Source: Candidatus Latescibacterota bacterium (GTDB lineage Bacteria; Latescibacterota; UBA2968; UBA8231). Taken from it: a stretch of 64,000 nucleotides of DNA. Below are positions 1-9,803 of this stretch, piece by piece; the first letter of the stretch is position 1, and each line of letters begins with the position of its first letter. The notes under the pieces were generated by a model that made no database searches, was not told where the DNA came from, and was given only the letters and a program-made list of their open reading frames with translations. The DNA lies in NCBI GenBank assembly GCA_965206595.1, contig OZ242214.1:2464001-2528000 (forward strand), given 5' to 3'. Both the position numbers and the translations under genes were made by a program.

Positions 1-101
1 AGGCAGTTGAGCGCCGTCCAGGACGGAAACTCGTCCTGCTCCCAGTACACGAGGTTGGAGTTCTGCGAACGGATCTCGAAGCGGTCCCCGCGCAGAATCA
101 T
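1..101 (-). CDS. 5' end of an uncharacterised protein running off the window edge (MILRGDRFEIRSQNSNLVYWEQDEFPSWTALNC...)
   Basis: ATG at 101 just downstream of the co-oriented uxuA-like gene; frame is open to the window edge. Confidence 0.5.
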   Translation of the reverse strand, partial: MILRGDRFEIRSQNSNLVYWEQDEFPSWTALNC

Positions 102-145
102 CGGCGGCCTGGCCTGGCGATGGGATTCATGCCGGCCATGACCGC

Positions 146-1102
146 CTACACGCAGGCAAGGGCGGCGAGAAGCGCCTTGATGTAACCGACCGAGTAGGCG
201 AAGGAGTGGGTGTTGCCGTCGACCCGGGTGATGTCCCCCTCGAGGCGCGGGTAGTGATCGGGATTGAGGCAGCCGTCGAAGCCGACGCGCCTGAGCTCGA
301 GCAGGATCTTGAACATGTTCATGTCGCCGTCGTCGAGCAGCACTTCCTCGAAGCTGCCGGCGGTGGCGAAGCTGGCGCGCACGTTGCGGAAGTGGATCTC
401 GAACAGCTTCCCCTTGCGGCCGTAGTTGTGAAGCTCGTCGAGCACCAGGGGCAGGCCGCCGGCCTCGGCGCGGGTGCCGCAGCAGTACAGGTACCCCACG
501 CTCGGGCTGGGGAAGGCGTCGATCAGCCGGTGCAGCCCGAGGCCGCCGAAAAGGGCGTCGGCGTTGGGCGGGTCCGAGGGATGCATCATCAGCTTCACCC
601 CGTTCTCCTCGGCGATCGGGACGAGGCGCTCGTACGCGGCGCACACCCTCGACCAGCGCTGTTCCTGGACCTCGGCGGGCGGCGGCGGGGACTTGTCTTC
701 CGCCCTCGCCAGGCTCCCGCCGCGGGCGAGGTAGCCGCCCCGGTGAGGGGCCTCGTACCCCCCGACCATCCAGTCGTAGGTCGTGTAATGGAAATGGACC
801 CTGCCCAGGGGATACCCCGCCTCGCCGATAACCCGCAGCGAGTCGCAGGCCACGTCGAGTTCATCCTCGACTCCCTCCTTTTCGTCCATGAAGGCTTGGC
901 CGAGGTTCGGCAGGCTGACCCGGTTCACCTGCATCCCCCAGGAGTGGATCTTCCTGCGGATCTTCAGCGCTTCGTCGAGATCGAAGACGCCGCGATCGTC
1001 CATTGGCAGCGGCATGCCGTCGCAGCAGTCGACTCCGAGCTGGCACATCCGCTTGAGGTTGGAATCGGAAAAGTCGTGGCACCATCCGGCTACTTTGATC
1101 AT
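146..1102 (-). CDS. uxuA: mannonate dehydratase (UxuA) family protein
   Basis: HPSDPP, IHFRNV, EVLLDDGDMNM, NPDHYP and AYSVGYIKAL motifs typical of UxuA-like TIM-barrel dehydratases. Confidence 0.8.
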   Translation of the reverse strand: MIKVAGWCHDFSDSNLKRMCQLGVDCCDGMPLPMDDRGVFDLDEALKIRRKIHSWGMQVNRVSLPNLGQAFMDEKEGVEDELDVACDSLRVIGEAGYPLGRVHFHYTTYDWMVGGYEAPHRGGYLARGGSLARAEDKSPPPPAEVQEQRWSRVCAAYERLVPIAEENGVKLMMHPSDPPNADALFGGLGLHRLIDAFPSPSVGYLYCCGTRAEAGGLPLVLDELHNYGRKGKLFEIHFRNVRASFATAGSFEEVLLDDGDMNMFKILLELRRVGFDGCLNPDHYPRLEGDITRVDGNTHSFAYSVGYIKALLAALACV

Positions 1103-1136
1103 CCTGCTTCTCCCGTTGTGTCGGCGCGCTCGCGCG

Positions 1137-2135
1137 CTACCAGGTTACTTTGCGGGCCCCGCCCCTGGGCCCGGCCTTCAACACCGCTTCGGCGACGGCC
1201 ACTGCCTTGATCGCCTCGGTGCCGGGAGAGATGCACTCCTCCTTCCCGGCGACGCAGGCGAGGAAATGGCGCGCCTGCTTCCGGTACATGTCTCCCGATC
1301 GGCCCCGCGTCCGGATCAGCTTCTCCCTCCCGCCGCCATCCGTAAGGCAGTAGAAGCTCTGCCCCTGCCCGGCGTTCGCCGGGGGTTTCAGCGAGCCGGT
1401 GCCGGTGGCAATCGATCCCCTGCTTCCGAGGACGTCGAACAAGCGGGTGCCGCGCACCGCCCACGACCAGCTCATCATCAGCTTGTTGCCGCCCCCGTAC
1501 TCGACGACCGCGGTGCCGGTGTCGACCGCGGTGACCTCCTCGTTCAGCTTGATCGAGCTCGCCACCACGTTCAGCGGATCCCCCCACATCATGTTGGCGA
1601 AGTCGTAGTTGTGCACGGCGCCGTCGATGAGCGGGCCGCCGCCGATCCGGTCGTCCATGAACCAGCCGCCGTTGACGCCGGCCGAGACGTCGCGCCACAT
1701 CACCGGCGCGCCGATGCGCCCCTCGACGACCGCCTTGCCCCAGGCGCCCCAGATCGAATCGAAGCGCCGGCAGTGGGCGACCATCAGCAGCTGCCCGGTC
1801 TGCTTCGAGGCCTCGATCATGCGGCGGCAGTCGGCGACCGTGCGCGCCATCGGCTTCTCCGTCATCACCGGCTTGCCCGCGCGCATGGCGTCGATGGCGG
1901 TGGCCTTGTGGTACAGCGTCGGCGTCGCCACTACGATTGCGTCGATCTCCCTGTCGGCGAGCATCTCCCGGTGGTCGCCGTAGAGCGTCATGCCGGGAAA
2001 GCGCTCCGCGGTCAGCGCGCGGGCCGCTTCGGAGGGGTCGGCTCCGGCCCAAAGGCGGCAGCCTCGAAGCGGCTTGAACGAGGAGATCTGCATGCGCGCC
2101 ATGTTGCCGAGGCCGATGAATCCGACGTTTATCAT
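1137..2135 (-). CDS. Gfo/Idh/MocA family oxidoreductase
   Basis: MINVGFIGLGNMA Rossmann start (ATG 2135), EKPMA and GGGPLIDGAVHNYD motifs. Confidence 0.9.
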   Translation of the reverse strand: MINVGFIGLGNMARMQISSFKPLRGCRLWAGADPSEAARALTAERFPGMTLYGDHREMLADREIDAIVVATPTLYHKATAIDAMRAGKPVMTEKPMARTVADCRRMIEASKQTGQLLMVAHCRRFDSIWGAWGKAVVEGRIGAPVMWRDVSAGVNGGWFMDDRIGGGPLIDGAVHNYDFANMMWGDPLNVVASSIKLNEEVTAVDTGTAVVEYGGGNKLMMSWSWAVRGTRLFDVLGSRGSIATGTGSLKPPANAGQGQSFYCLTDGGGREKLIRTRGRSGDMYRKQARHFLACVAGKEECISPGTEAIKAVAVAEAVLKAGPRGGARKVTW

Positions 2136-2484
2136 GGTCCCGTTTCCTTCCAGGGTTTGCTTTGGTTTATCCGTGACCGGCCCGCAAGCGACCGGGCTGT
2201 CTTGCGCGCAACGCTGCACCGGCCATCTCGATACCGGGGGACAATCCGTATCTGCCGCCGCCCACGAACCGAAAATTGGTGGGGACGTTCGACCCGCTTC
2301 CCGGTCCCCGGGGATCGGCAACCGGAGGTGGAACCGCCAAGTTAGCAGCGGCGGTCCCGCAGGTCCAGAAGCGGCCGCCCGTCAGGAAGCGGCGCGAAAA
2401 CCAAGCTCCGCCCCCGGAATGCCGGTGTGACGGATGCGGTAAAACGATCCCTCCGGCATCGCCCCAGACGCTCCCGCCTCCGCC

Positions 2485-2815
2485 TCAGTCCAGCTCGAAA
2501 AGCGGCACGTACCCCATCTCCCCCACCACCTGCTGCCCGTCCGGATCCAGCACCCAGTCGATGAACTGCTTCAGGCTCCCCTGCGGCGGCCGCACCGTGT
2601 AGAGCCCCAGGTAGCGGGAGATCGGGTACTCCCCGCCGCGCACCTTCTCCTCGGTGGGAGCCACCCCGTCGATCTCGCAGTGAAGCAGGCCGGGGCCGTA
2701 GGCCATGCCGCCGTAGCCGATGGCCGCCCGGTCCCCGGCGACCGCTTCGACTATGTCGCGCGTCGTCGGCAGCCTGCCGGCCGCCGGCGCATGCGGCTTC
2801 CCGGCGCCCTCGCAT
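2485..2815 (-). pseudogene. C-terminal fragment of PstS-like phosphate-binding protein
   Basis: AIGYGG...IDGVAPTEEKVRGGEYPISRYLGLY...FIDWVLDPDGQQVV is a PstS/PBP C-terminus; no N-terminal half, joined directly to the M28 remnant. Confidence 0.7.
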
Positions 2816-3787
2816 AGTACCACTCGCAGTAGTAGCGCGAGCCGAGCAGTCCCTTCTCCTCTCCGGTGACCAGCAGGAACAACAGCGAGCGGCGGATGCC
2901 GGCGTCGGCGAGGACCCGCGCCAGCTCGAGCGCCACCGACACCCCGAGGGCGTTGTCGACGGCGCCGTTGTAGATCGAGTCTCCCCTTACCGGGGCGCCG
3001 GTGCCGAGATGGTCGTAATGGGCGATCACCGTGAGGTTGGAGTCCTTCAGGATCGGGTCGCTTCCGGCCAGCACCCCGGCGACGTTGCAGTCGACGAAGG
3101 TGCGCTCGCGGGACTGCACCTGAAAGGTGATCCGCGTTTCGAGGGGGAAGCTGCGCAGACTTGCCAGCCGTTCGTGCTCGAGGACCTCGGCGAGGGTATG
3201 GCCGCTGCCGCGGAAGAGTTCGGCGGCGCGCTCCAAGCGCAGCACCACGTTGAGATGGTCCGATACCTCTATGGGGGACCGCACGTCCTCGAAGCGGAAC
3301 TGGTTCACCCAGTAGTCCCAGTCGAGCACCCTCCCCTCTCCCGGCAGGGGAATCATGATGCTGCCCCGGGCCCCGCGCGCCAGCGCCATCCGGTGCTTGG
3401 CCACCGGGTCGAAGTAGATGGTCGGCTAGTCCCCTTCGAAGAAATCCGCCTGCCCTGAGCGCGGCTCCCCCGAGAAGAAGACGGCAATGCCGTTCTCGAT
3501 GCCGGTGCAGCGGTAGTCGTCGTGGTCGTACTCGGGAGCGGCGATGCCTTACCCCGTGAACACCAGGGGCGCCGGCGTCGGAATCACGGTTTCGGTGCCG
3601 CTGTTGTGTCGTGCGCCAGCACCTCGAGGTGGGCGCGGATCGAATCCGCCGACACCCGCGCCACCAGCTCGTCGACCTGCACCGGTTCTCCCTCCCCGGC
3701 GTGGGCGCCGTGCGCGAGGCCGACTGCGGCGAACAGCGCCGCGGCGCGCTTTCCGACTGCGGGCAGGATTTCCGCTGCCGCTGCCAC
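2816..3787 (-). pseudogene. M28 family peptidase pseudogene
   Basis: IRAHLEVLAHD, PA-domain PLVFTG*GIAAPEYDHDDY, AHYDHLG, GAVDNALG, TGEEKGLLGS; two in-frame stops (~3550, ~3427), an internal deletion after LAHD and C-terminal truncation. Confidence 0.8.
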
Positions 3788-3793
3788 GACCGG

Positions 3794-4984
3794 TCACCCG
3801 CTCGATTCCCGGCTCGCCGCCGGTATCGCAGGGGAACCGATTGCGCCCGGTCCTGCTGCCACCCCGGCCGCCCGGCGGCCCCCGGAAACGCAGTCCGCCC
3901 CGACCGCTTCGCTCAGGTGGGAGAAGCCGTCCCGCTCGAGGAGCCGGCACAGGCCGCGGTTGATCTCCCTGACGATCCCCGGCCCCCTGAAGACGAGGGC
4001 CGTGTAGAGCTGCAGCAGCGTCGCCCCGAGGCGGATCTTCTCGTACGCGTCGGCCGCGGACGAGATGCCGCCGCTGCCGACAATGACGTGGCGGGAGTGG
4101 TCGAGGTGGGGGTACCAGGCGCGGATTGCCCGGTTGACGAGCTCCCTTAGCGGCGGCCCGCACAGCGTTCCCGGCATGCGCGCCAGCTCCGGGGCGGGGG
4201 TCTTCAGTCCCTGCCGGGAAATCCCCGGGGGCAGGTTGAAGACGATCCCCTTGACGAACGGGAAGCCGTCGATCGCGGCCAGCACCCCGTCTCGGCGACC
4301 CGGGTCGGCGCTGGCGGTCAGCTTGAGGAACACCGGGGGCAGCCCCGGGATGCCGGCGAGGATGTGCAGCAGTTCGCGGATCCTCGCCGCGTCGTCGAAC
4401 GGGCTCCGGCCGCCGCTGGTGTTCGGGCAGTTGAGGTTCAATGCGAGGTAGTCGGCGACGCCGGGGAACGCCTGCGCCGCCTCGCTCAGCTCGGCCGTCA
4501 CCTCGTCAGCCGCTACCGGGATCCCGGTGTTGGTCTCGACGAGGTTCACCCCGAGCGGCACGTTCACCCGGGAGCGCCCCAGCCGCCGCGCCACCACCTC
4601 TGCCCCGTCGTTCGGCACCCCGTAGTAGACGACGATGGCCTCGTCGGCGGGCAGGCGGAACAACCGCGGCCGTTCGCTGTTTCCCCGGGACGGGTGCGAC
4701 GACACCGAGCCGACCTCGAGGCTGCCGAAGCCGAGGGACGCAAGACCTCGCACCGCCCTGCCGCTCTTGTCGAAGCCGGCGGCGAGGCCGACCGGGTTGG
4801 CGAAGGACATGCCCGCCACCTGCTGGCGCAGGCGGTCGTCCTCGAAGCGGAAGTGCCTGCCGGCCGCCGCGGCCCCGAATCCCGTCCTGCCCAGGGCCGC
4901 TCCCAAGGCGATTGCGCCGTTGTGGGCCCGCTCCGGGTCGAGGCGGAACAGCAGGGGGCGCACCGCCCGGCGGTAGAGGCTCAT
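3794..4984 (-). CDS. pyrD: quinone-dependent dihydroorotate dehydrogenase (class 2)
   Basis: LFRLDPERAH, NPVGLAAGFDK, RPRLFRL, NLNCPNT, GSGGI...AYEKIRLGATLLQLYT. Confidence 0.9.
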   Translation of the reverse strand: MSLYRRAVRPLLFRLDPERAHNGAIALGAALGRTGFGAAAAGRHFRFEDDRLRQQVAGMSFANPVGLAAGFDKSGRAVRGLASLGFGSLEVGSVSSHPSRGNSERPRLFRLPADEAIVVYYGVPNDGAEVVARRLGRSRVNVPLGVNLVETNTGIPVAADEVTAELSEAAQAFPGVADYLALNLNCPNTSGGRSPFDDAARIRELLHILAGIPGLPPVFLKLTASADPGRRDGVLAAIDGFPFVKGIVFNLPPGISRQGLKTPAPELARMPGTLCGPPLRELVNRAIRAWYPHLDHSRHVIVGSGGISSAADAYEKIRLGATLLQLYTALVFRGPGIVREINRGLCRLLERDGFSHLSEAVGADCVSGGRRAAGVAAGPGAIGSPAIPAASRESSG

Positions 4985-5090
4985 CGCGGTCCCTCCTCGC
5001 GGTACTGCCGTGTCAGCTCGGTCATGATCGCACCCGCCGGCAAGGGGTTATTCTGCCTCCCCCAACATACACAGGGGCAAGCTGCGATGC

Positions 5091-5278
5091 GATGAGCTGA
5101 ACGTGCAGGAGATCTATGCGGAAGGCCGCCACAACGCCTTGCCCGACATCTGCCGCTGGAGAGACCGCTACTACGTCGCCTTCAACTGCGGCGGCCGTGG
5201 CCACGGCGGGGGCCACGGCTTCTGCTTCCTCTCCTCGGCCCCTGCTCGATCTACCTGGCCCGGGTGTCGATGGAGTAG
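5091..5278 (+). pseudogene. internally deleted remnant of an exo-sialidase-like beta-propeller protein
   Basis: N-terminal-type EIYAEGRHNALPDICRWRDRYYVAF joined out of frame to C-terminal-type SIYLARVSME*. Confidence 0.45.
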
Positions 5279-5307
5279 CTGAAGAAGTAAAGCGGGGAGG
5301 GCCGCGG

Positions 5308-7851
5308 TCAGGCGCTCCCCTCCCTCGTCCCGGCCAGCGGCAGCCCGGCGGACTCGGCGGTCGCCATGGTGAGGGCGCGCAGGTCTTCCGGCTCGATGTT
5401 GTGGAGGTCGGTCTTGCCGGTGCAGCGCGCCATCATCGAGGCCTCGCCGGTGTTCGCCCTGATCAGGTTGGCCACCGCTTCGGCGCGCTCCGCGGACCCG
5501 AGGCCGGCCTCGAAAACCAGCGCCTCGCCGGCGATCCGGCCTCCCGCGGCGATTCCGGCGGCGACCCCGAGGACCATGGCGACCGCCCCCAGGCCGACGA
5601 GCTTGGCGGCGTCGGTTCCCGAGCGCACCCCCCCGAACCAGACGAGGTCGACCTCCTCCTCGCGGTCGAGGCGCCTGAGGATGGCGACGGCATCGCGCAG
5701 CAGGCCGAGGTCGGGGACGGTCCGCAGCTCGGGCAAGGCGCTTGCCGCGATCCCCCCGGTGCCGTCGAGCACGAGCAGGTCGAGGCCGCGTTCGAGGGCG
5801 TGGGCGAGCGCCGGTTCGAGGTCCCCTGCCGACGACACCGCGAGCCCGAGCAGCTGGCTTTGCGCAAGCCGGTCCAGGTGGGAAAGCGGCCGACCGGCGG
5901 CGAACGGCTGTACGAAGCCGGCGGCCCCGGCGTCCGCCTCTCCCTCTCCAAAAGCCAGGAGCTGGAGCCACGGGACCTCTACCTCCCCCGGCAGCTTGCG
6001 CGCGCCGAGGTAAACCCCCTGCGCGGCGCTCAGCCCCCTGGCCACCGCGGCCCGCACTTCGCGCGGAGATGCGTCGAACCCGGTGACGAGGAAGGGGTGC
6101 GCCAGCGCCAGGCGGCCGCCGAGATCGAAGTCGACGCGGCAGGCCTCGCGGTAGGGATCGATGACCAGCCGCGACAGGTTCGCCGGCAGGAAGACGATGT
6201 CGTCGAGCTGCGCGGGGCGCTCTTCGGGAAAGGGGTTGTCGCGCGGCGCGAGGCGGCGCTGCAGCATGGCCCGGCGCTTGTCGTGCTCGTCGGGGCCGAT
6301 GCGGGCCATCGAGAACAGGTCTTCGCGGTGCTGGACGGAGTAATCGGGGGTTCCGGTCTCGGCGTCGCAGCGGTAGCAGCGCGCCGCTTCCTTCCTGGCG
6401 GTGTCGTCGTCGTAGGTCGCCTCGATCTCGGGGAACTCGACCGGCACGGCGCCCAGCCCGAAGAACTCGGGGTGCTGCAGCTTGACGCGTTCCCACATCA
6501 TGTCCTGGGCCACGTCGACGCGCCGCGTCCGGTAGGGGGTGCGGTAGGGCATCGGGTCGCCGTTGCCCTCGAGGAACTGCTCGATGTAGTAGGCGGCGCG
6601 CTGGCCGTGGTGCATCGCCATGACGATGGTCGAGCCCCCGAAGGCGCCGTCCCCGGCGGCGAAGACCTTGGGATCGCCGGTGCGCATGGTCTCCCAGCGG
6701 GTGCGCACCCGGTCGGGCAGCATCATGCCGATGCGGTCGAGCTCCGCGCACACCCCTTTTTGTCCCACCGCGGCGATCACCATGCCGCACTCGATCTCGT
6801 GCTCGCTTCCCGGCACCGCGACCGGGCTGCGGCGGCCGCTCTCGTCCGGCTCCCCCGCCTCGGTCTTCACGCACCGCAGCCTCAGCCCCTCCCCGTCTCC
6901 GGCGACGGAGACCTGCTGCGTGTTGTAGACGAACTCGATTCCCTCGGCGACGGCCCCCTCGAGCTCGATGCGGCGCGCCGGGATCTCCTCGGGTCCGCGG
7001 CGGTAGATGACGGTCACGTGTTCGCAGCCGGGCAGCCGCCTGGCGACGCGGCAGGCGTCCATGGCGACGTCGCCGCCGCCGACGACGACCACCTTCCGCG
7101 GCAGCTGCGGCCGCTCGCCGGTGTTGACGCGGCGCAGGAAACCGACCCCGTCGACCACCAGCGGGTGCTCCTCCCCCGGGATCTCCATCGGCTTGCCCCA
7201 CCAGGAGCCGATCGCCAGCAGCACGGCGTCGTGCCTCTCCTTGAGCTCCTCGAGGTGGACCTGCTTTCCCAGCTCGGTGTCGAGATGGACGTGGAGCCCC
7301 GGGCACTTGCCGGTGAGGCGGTCGATGTCCTCGTCGATGATCCCCGGCGGCAGCCGGAACGCCGGTATGCCCCAGGCCATCATGCCGCCGAGGCGGTCGC
7401 TCATCTCGTAGACGTGGACGGTGTAGCCGGCGACGCACAGGTCGTGGGCGGCGGTCAGTCCGGCCGGTCCGGAGCCGACGATGCCGACGCTCTCCTTCTT
7501 CGTCACCGGCACCGGCGGCGGGTCGTACCGGTGCCCCACCTTGTCCATGACGAAGCGCTTGAGGTTGCGGATCTGCAGCGGCCCGTCGCTGTCGGTGCGC
7601 CGGCAGGCCGGCTCGCACGGGGCGTCGCAGACGCGCCCGCAGATCGAGCTGAACGGGTTGGTGGCGGTGATCGCCTCGAAGGCCTCGGCGTACTTCTCCT
7701 CCCAGATGAGGGCGATGTAGGAGGGGGCGTCGGTCCCCACCGGGCAGGCGACCTGGCAGGGGGCGGGCACGAAATGGGTCCCCCCGCTGTCGTCGGCGAA
7801 TCCCTTCGGGGTCTGCGGCATCTCGATGCGGTGGAGGTCGTAGACGCTCAC
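5308..7851 (-). CDS. GltD/SudA-like Fe-S flavoprotein (Fer4_20 + NAD(P)H oxidoreductase) fused to a degenerate glutamate-synthase FMN barrel
   Basis: GTG 7851 overlaps upstream stop; PCQVACP, ICGRVCDAPCEPAC, VGSGPAG, VGGGDVAMD, EAARCYRC; C-terminal LDDIVFLPANLSR...MARCTGKTDLHNIEPEDLRAL resembles MgsC/GltB FMN domain. Confidence 0.8.
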   Translation of the reverse strand: MSVYDLHRIEMPQTPKGFADDSGGTHFVPAPCQVACPVGTDAPSYIALIWEEKYAEAFEAITATNPFSSICGRVCDAPCEPACRRTDSDGPLQIRNLKRFVMDKVGHRYDPPPVPVTKKESVGIVGSGPAGLTAAHDLCVAGYTVHVYEMSDRLGGMMAWGIPAFRLPPGIIDEDIDRLTGKCPGLHVHLDTELGKQVHLEELKERHDAVLLAIGSWWGKPMEIPGEEHPLVVDGVGFLRRVNTGERPQLPRKVVVVGGGDVAMDACRVARRLPGCEHVTVIYRRGPEEIPARRIELEGAVAEGIEFVYNTQQVSVAGDGEGLRLRCVKTEAGEPDESGRRSPVAVPGSEHEIECGMVIAAVGQKGVCAELDRIGMMLPDRVRTRWETMRTGDPKVFAAGDGAFGGSTIVMAMHHGQRAAYYIEQFLEGNGDPMPYRTPYRTRRVDVAQDMMWERVKLQHPEFFGLGAVPVEFPEIEATYDDDTARKEAARCYRCDAETGTPDYSVQHREDLFSMARIGPDEHDKRRAMLQRRLAPRDNPFPEERPAQLDDIVFLPANLSRLVIDPYREACRVDFDLGGRLALAHPFLVTGFDASPREVRAAVARGLSAAQGVYLGARKLPGEVEVPWLQLLAFGEGEADAGAAGFVQPFAAGRPLSHLDRLAQSQLLGLAVSSAGDLEPALAHALERGLDLLVLDGTGGIAASALPELRTVPDLGLLRDAVAILRRLDREEEVDLVWFGGVRSGTDAAKLVGLGAVAMVLGVAAGIAAGGRIAGEALVFEAGLGSAERAEAVANLIRANTGEASMMARCTGKTDLHNIEPEDLRALTMATAESAGLPLAGTREGSA

Positions 7852-9803
7852 GGCAGGCTGCCTCCTGCAAGCACTTCCTCTGCGGGCCGCGGTTGGTACG
7901 GCAGCCCGGTGATCGCCGCCGCGTCCGGGGTCAGGGCGACGAGGTCGCCGCGGCCGAGCTCGCGGGTGTCGGCGTATCCGAGGGCGCTGGTGAGGGAAGC
8001 GATCTGCCAGCGCACGAACTCGAGGAAGCGGTGGATGTTGAGGGCCTCGACGTTGACCTGGTAGCGCTCCTCGTGCTCGGGGTCCTGGGTGGCGATGCCG
8101 GTGACGCACTGGCCGACGTGGCACTGCATGCAGGCGATGCAGCCCCCGGCGATCAGGACCGAGGTGCCGAACGCCGCTGCGTCCGCTCCCAGGCAGAGGG
8201 CCTTGACGGCGTCGACGCCGTCGCGCAGGCCGCCCATGAGCACGATCTGTATGTCCTGGCGGCGGCCGATCTCCGCCAGCGCCTCCTCGGCCTCGACGAT
8301 GGCGGACAAGGTCGGGATGCCGACGTGGTCGATGACCTCGCCGCTGCCGGCGCCGGTGGCCCCCTGCATGCCGTCGAGCTCGACGAAGTCGAAGCCGTCC
8401 TTGACGGCGATCTTGATGTCGTCGCGCACCCTGCCCGCCCCGAGCTTGACGCTCACCGGCAGGCGGTAGCCGGTGGCCTCGCGGAACTCCTCGATCTTGA
8501 TGACGAGGTCGTCGGCCCCGAGGATGTCGGGGTGGCGCGACGGCGAGCGCAGGTCGATGCCGGCGGGGATGCCCCGGATCGCGGCCAGCTCCGGGGTCAC
8601 CTTCTTGGCCATGAGCTGGCCGCCGAGCCCCGGCTTGGCCCCCTGCGAGATGTAGATCTCCAGGCCGTCGGCCCGCTTCATGTCGTGGATGTTCCAGCCG
8701 AGGCGCCCGCCGAGGCACTGGAAGATCAGCTGCTTGGCCGAGTCCCGCTGGGCGTCGCTCATCCCCCCTTCGCCGGTGTTCTCGGCGATGTCCGACATCC
8801 CCGAGGCGATGGCGACGGCCTGCTTGGTCGAGCGGCTGAGGGCGCCGTAGCTCATCGGCGCGACCATCACCGGCATGCTCAGCTCGAGCGGCTCGGCGCC
8901 GTTGATCCCGCCGATCTCGGTGCGCATGCGCACCTTGGAGACGGCGCCGGGATCGCCGCCGGCCTGCGACAGGTCGGCGCGGAAGCCCAGGTCGGCCAGG
9001 TGCGGCAGGGGCCGCGCCGCCCCGTACCCGCGAATGCGGTAGCGCCCGATCTGCGCCTTGACGTCGATGTCCTCCTGGACCTTCTCGTTCCAGTACTGCG
9101 AGTCGCGGGAGTAGGTGAAGAAGGGCAGGCTGCGCACCGTCGGCTCCGCGGTCCCGTAGCGCAGCTTGCCGCCGGCGTTGACGATCTTGCTGAAGCCGCC
9201 GCGGAAGGGGATTTCCCAGCGGTCGAGGAACTCGCGGACCTCGTCGATCTCGGAACTGTCGGCGTCGGTCAGGGCGGCGTCGCTGCCGAGGTCCCGCACC
9301 CTGCCCCCCACGAAAATCTCGCCCCCGGTCATATCCTCGCCGACGCGTTCGCCGGAGTCGCCGAGGATTATGATGCGCCCCCCGTACATCATGTAACCCG
9401 CCATGAAGTTGGCGTTGCCGGCGCAGCACAGGGTGCCGGCCTTCATCACCTGGCCGGCGCGCGAGCCGACGTTGCCGTGCACCACCAGCTCGGCGCCGCG
9501 AATCGCGACCCCGGCAATGGCGCCGGCGTTCCCCCGGACCACCACCGAGCCGCTGTACATGTTGTCCCCCAGGCCCCAGCCGGCGTTGTTGTCCACCTCG
9601 AAACAGGCGCGGTCGGTGAGGCCGGCGCAGAAGTACCCCGCCGAGCCGCGCACGCGCACCCGGATCGGCGCCGTCAGCCCGACGCCGATGTGGTGGCGGG
9701 CGTCCGGGTTGAGGACTTCGACGTCCTCCCCGGCCTCTCCGTGTCCGCGGATCAGCTCGTTGGCGCGGCGGACCGGGATCTCGGCGAGATCTACCTGGAC
9801 CAT
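7848..9803 (-). CDS. GXGXG domain + FMN-binding glutamate synthase domain fusion (MgsB-MgsC-like)
   Basis: ATG 9803; GSAGYFCAG/GNAG/GNVGSRAG GXGXG repeats; PMSYGALS, NTGEGG, SQGAKPGLGGQL, SPSRHPD, GCIACMQCHVGQCVTGIATQD Fe-S motif. Confidence 0.85.
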   Translation of the reverse strand: MVQVDLAEIPVRRANELIRGHGEAGEDVEVLNPDARHHIGVGLTAPIRVRVRGSAGYFCAGLTDRACFEVDNNAGWGLGDNMYSGSVVVRGNAGAIAGVAIRGAELVVHGNVGSRAGQVMKAGTLCCAGNANFMAGYMMYGGRIIILGDSGERVGEDMTGGEIFVGGRVRDLGSDAALTDADSSEIDEVREFLDRWEIPFRGGFSKIVNAGGKLRYGTAEPTVRSLPFFTYSRDSQYWNEKVQEDIDVKAQIGRYRIRGYGAARPLPHLADLGFRADLSQAGGDPGAVSKVRMRTEIGGINGAEPLELSMPVMVAPMSYGALSRSTKQAVAIASGMSDIAENTGEGGMSDAQRDSAKQLIFQCLGGRLGWNIHDMKRADGLEIYISQGAKPGLGGQLMAKKVTPELAAIRGIPAGIDLRSPSRHPDILGADDLVIKIEEFREATGYRLPVSVKLGAGRVRDDIKIAVKDGFDFVELDGMQGATGAGSGEVIDHVGIPTLSAIVEAEEALAEIGRRQDIQIVLMGGLRDGVDAVKALCLGADAAAFGTSVLIAGGCIACMQCHVGQCVTGIATQDPEHEERYQVNVEALNIHRFLEFVRWQIASLTSALGYADTRELGRGDLVALTPDAAAITGLPYQPRPAEEVLAGGSLP

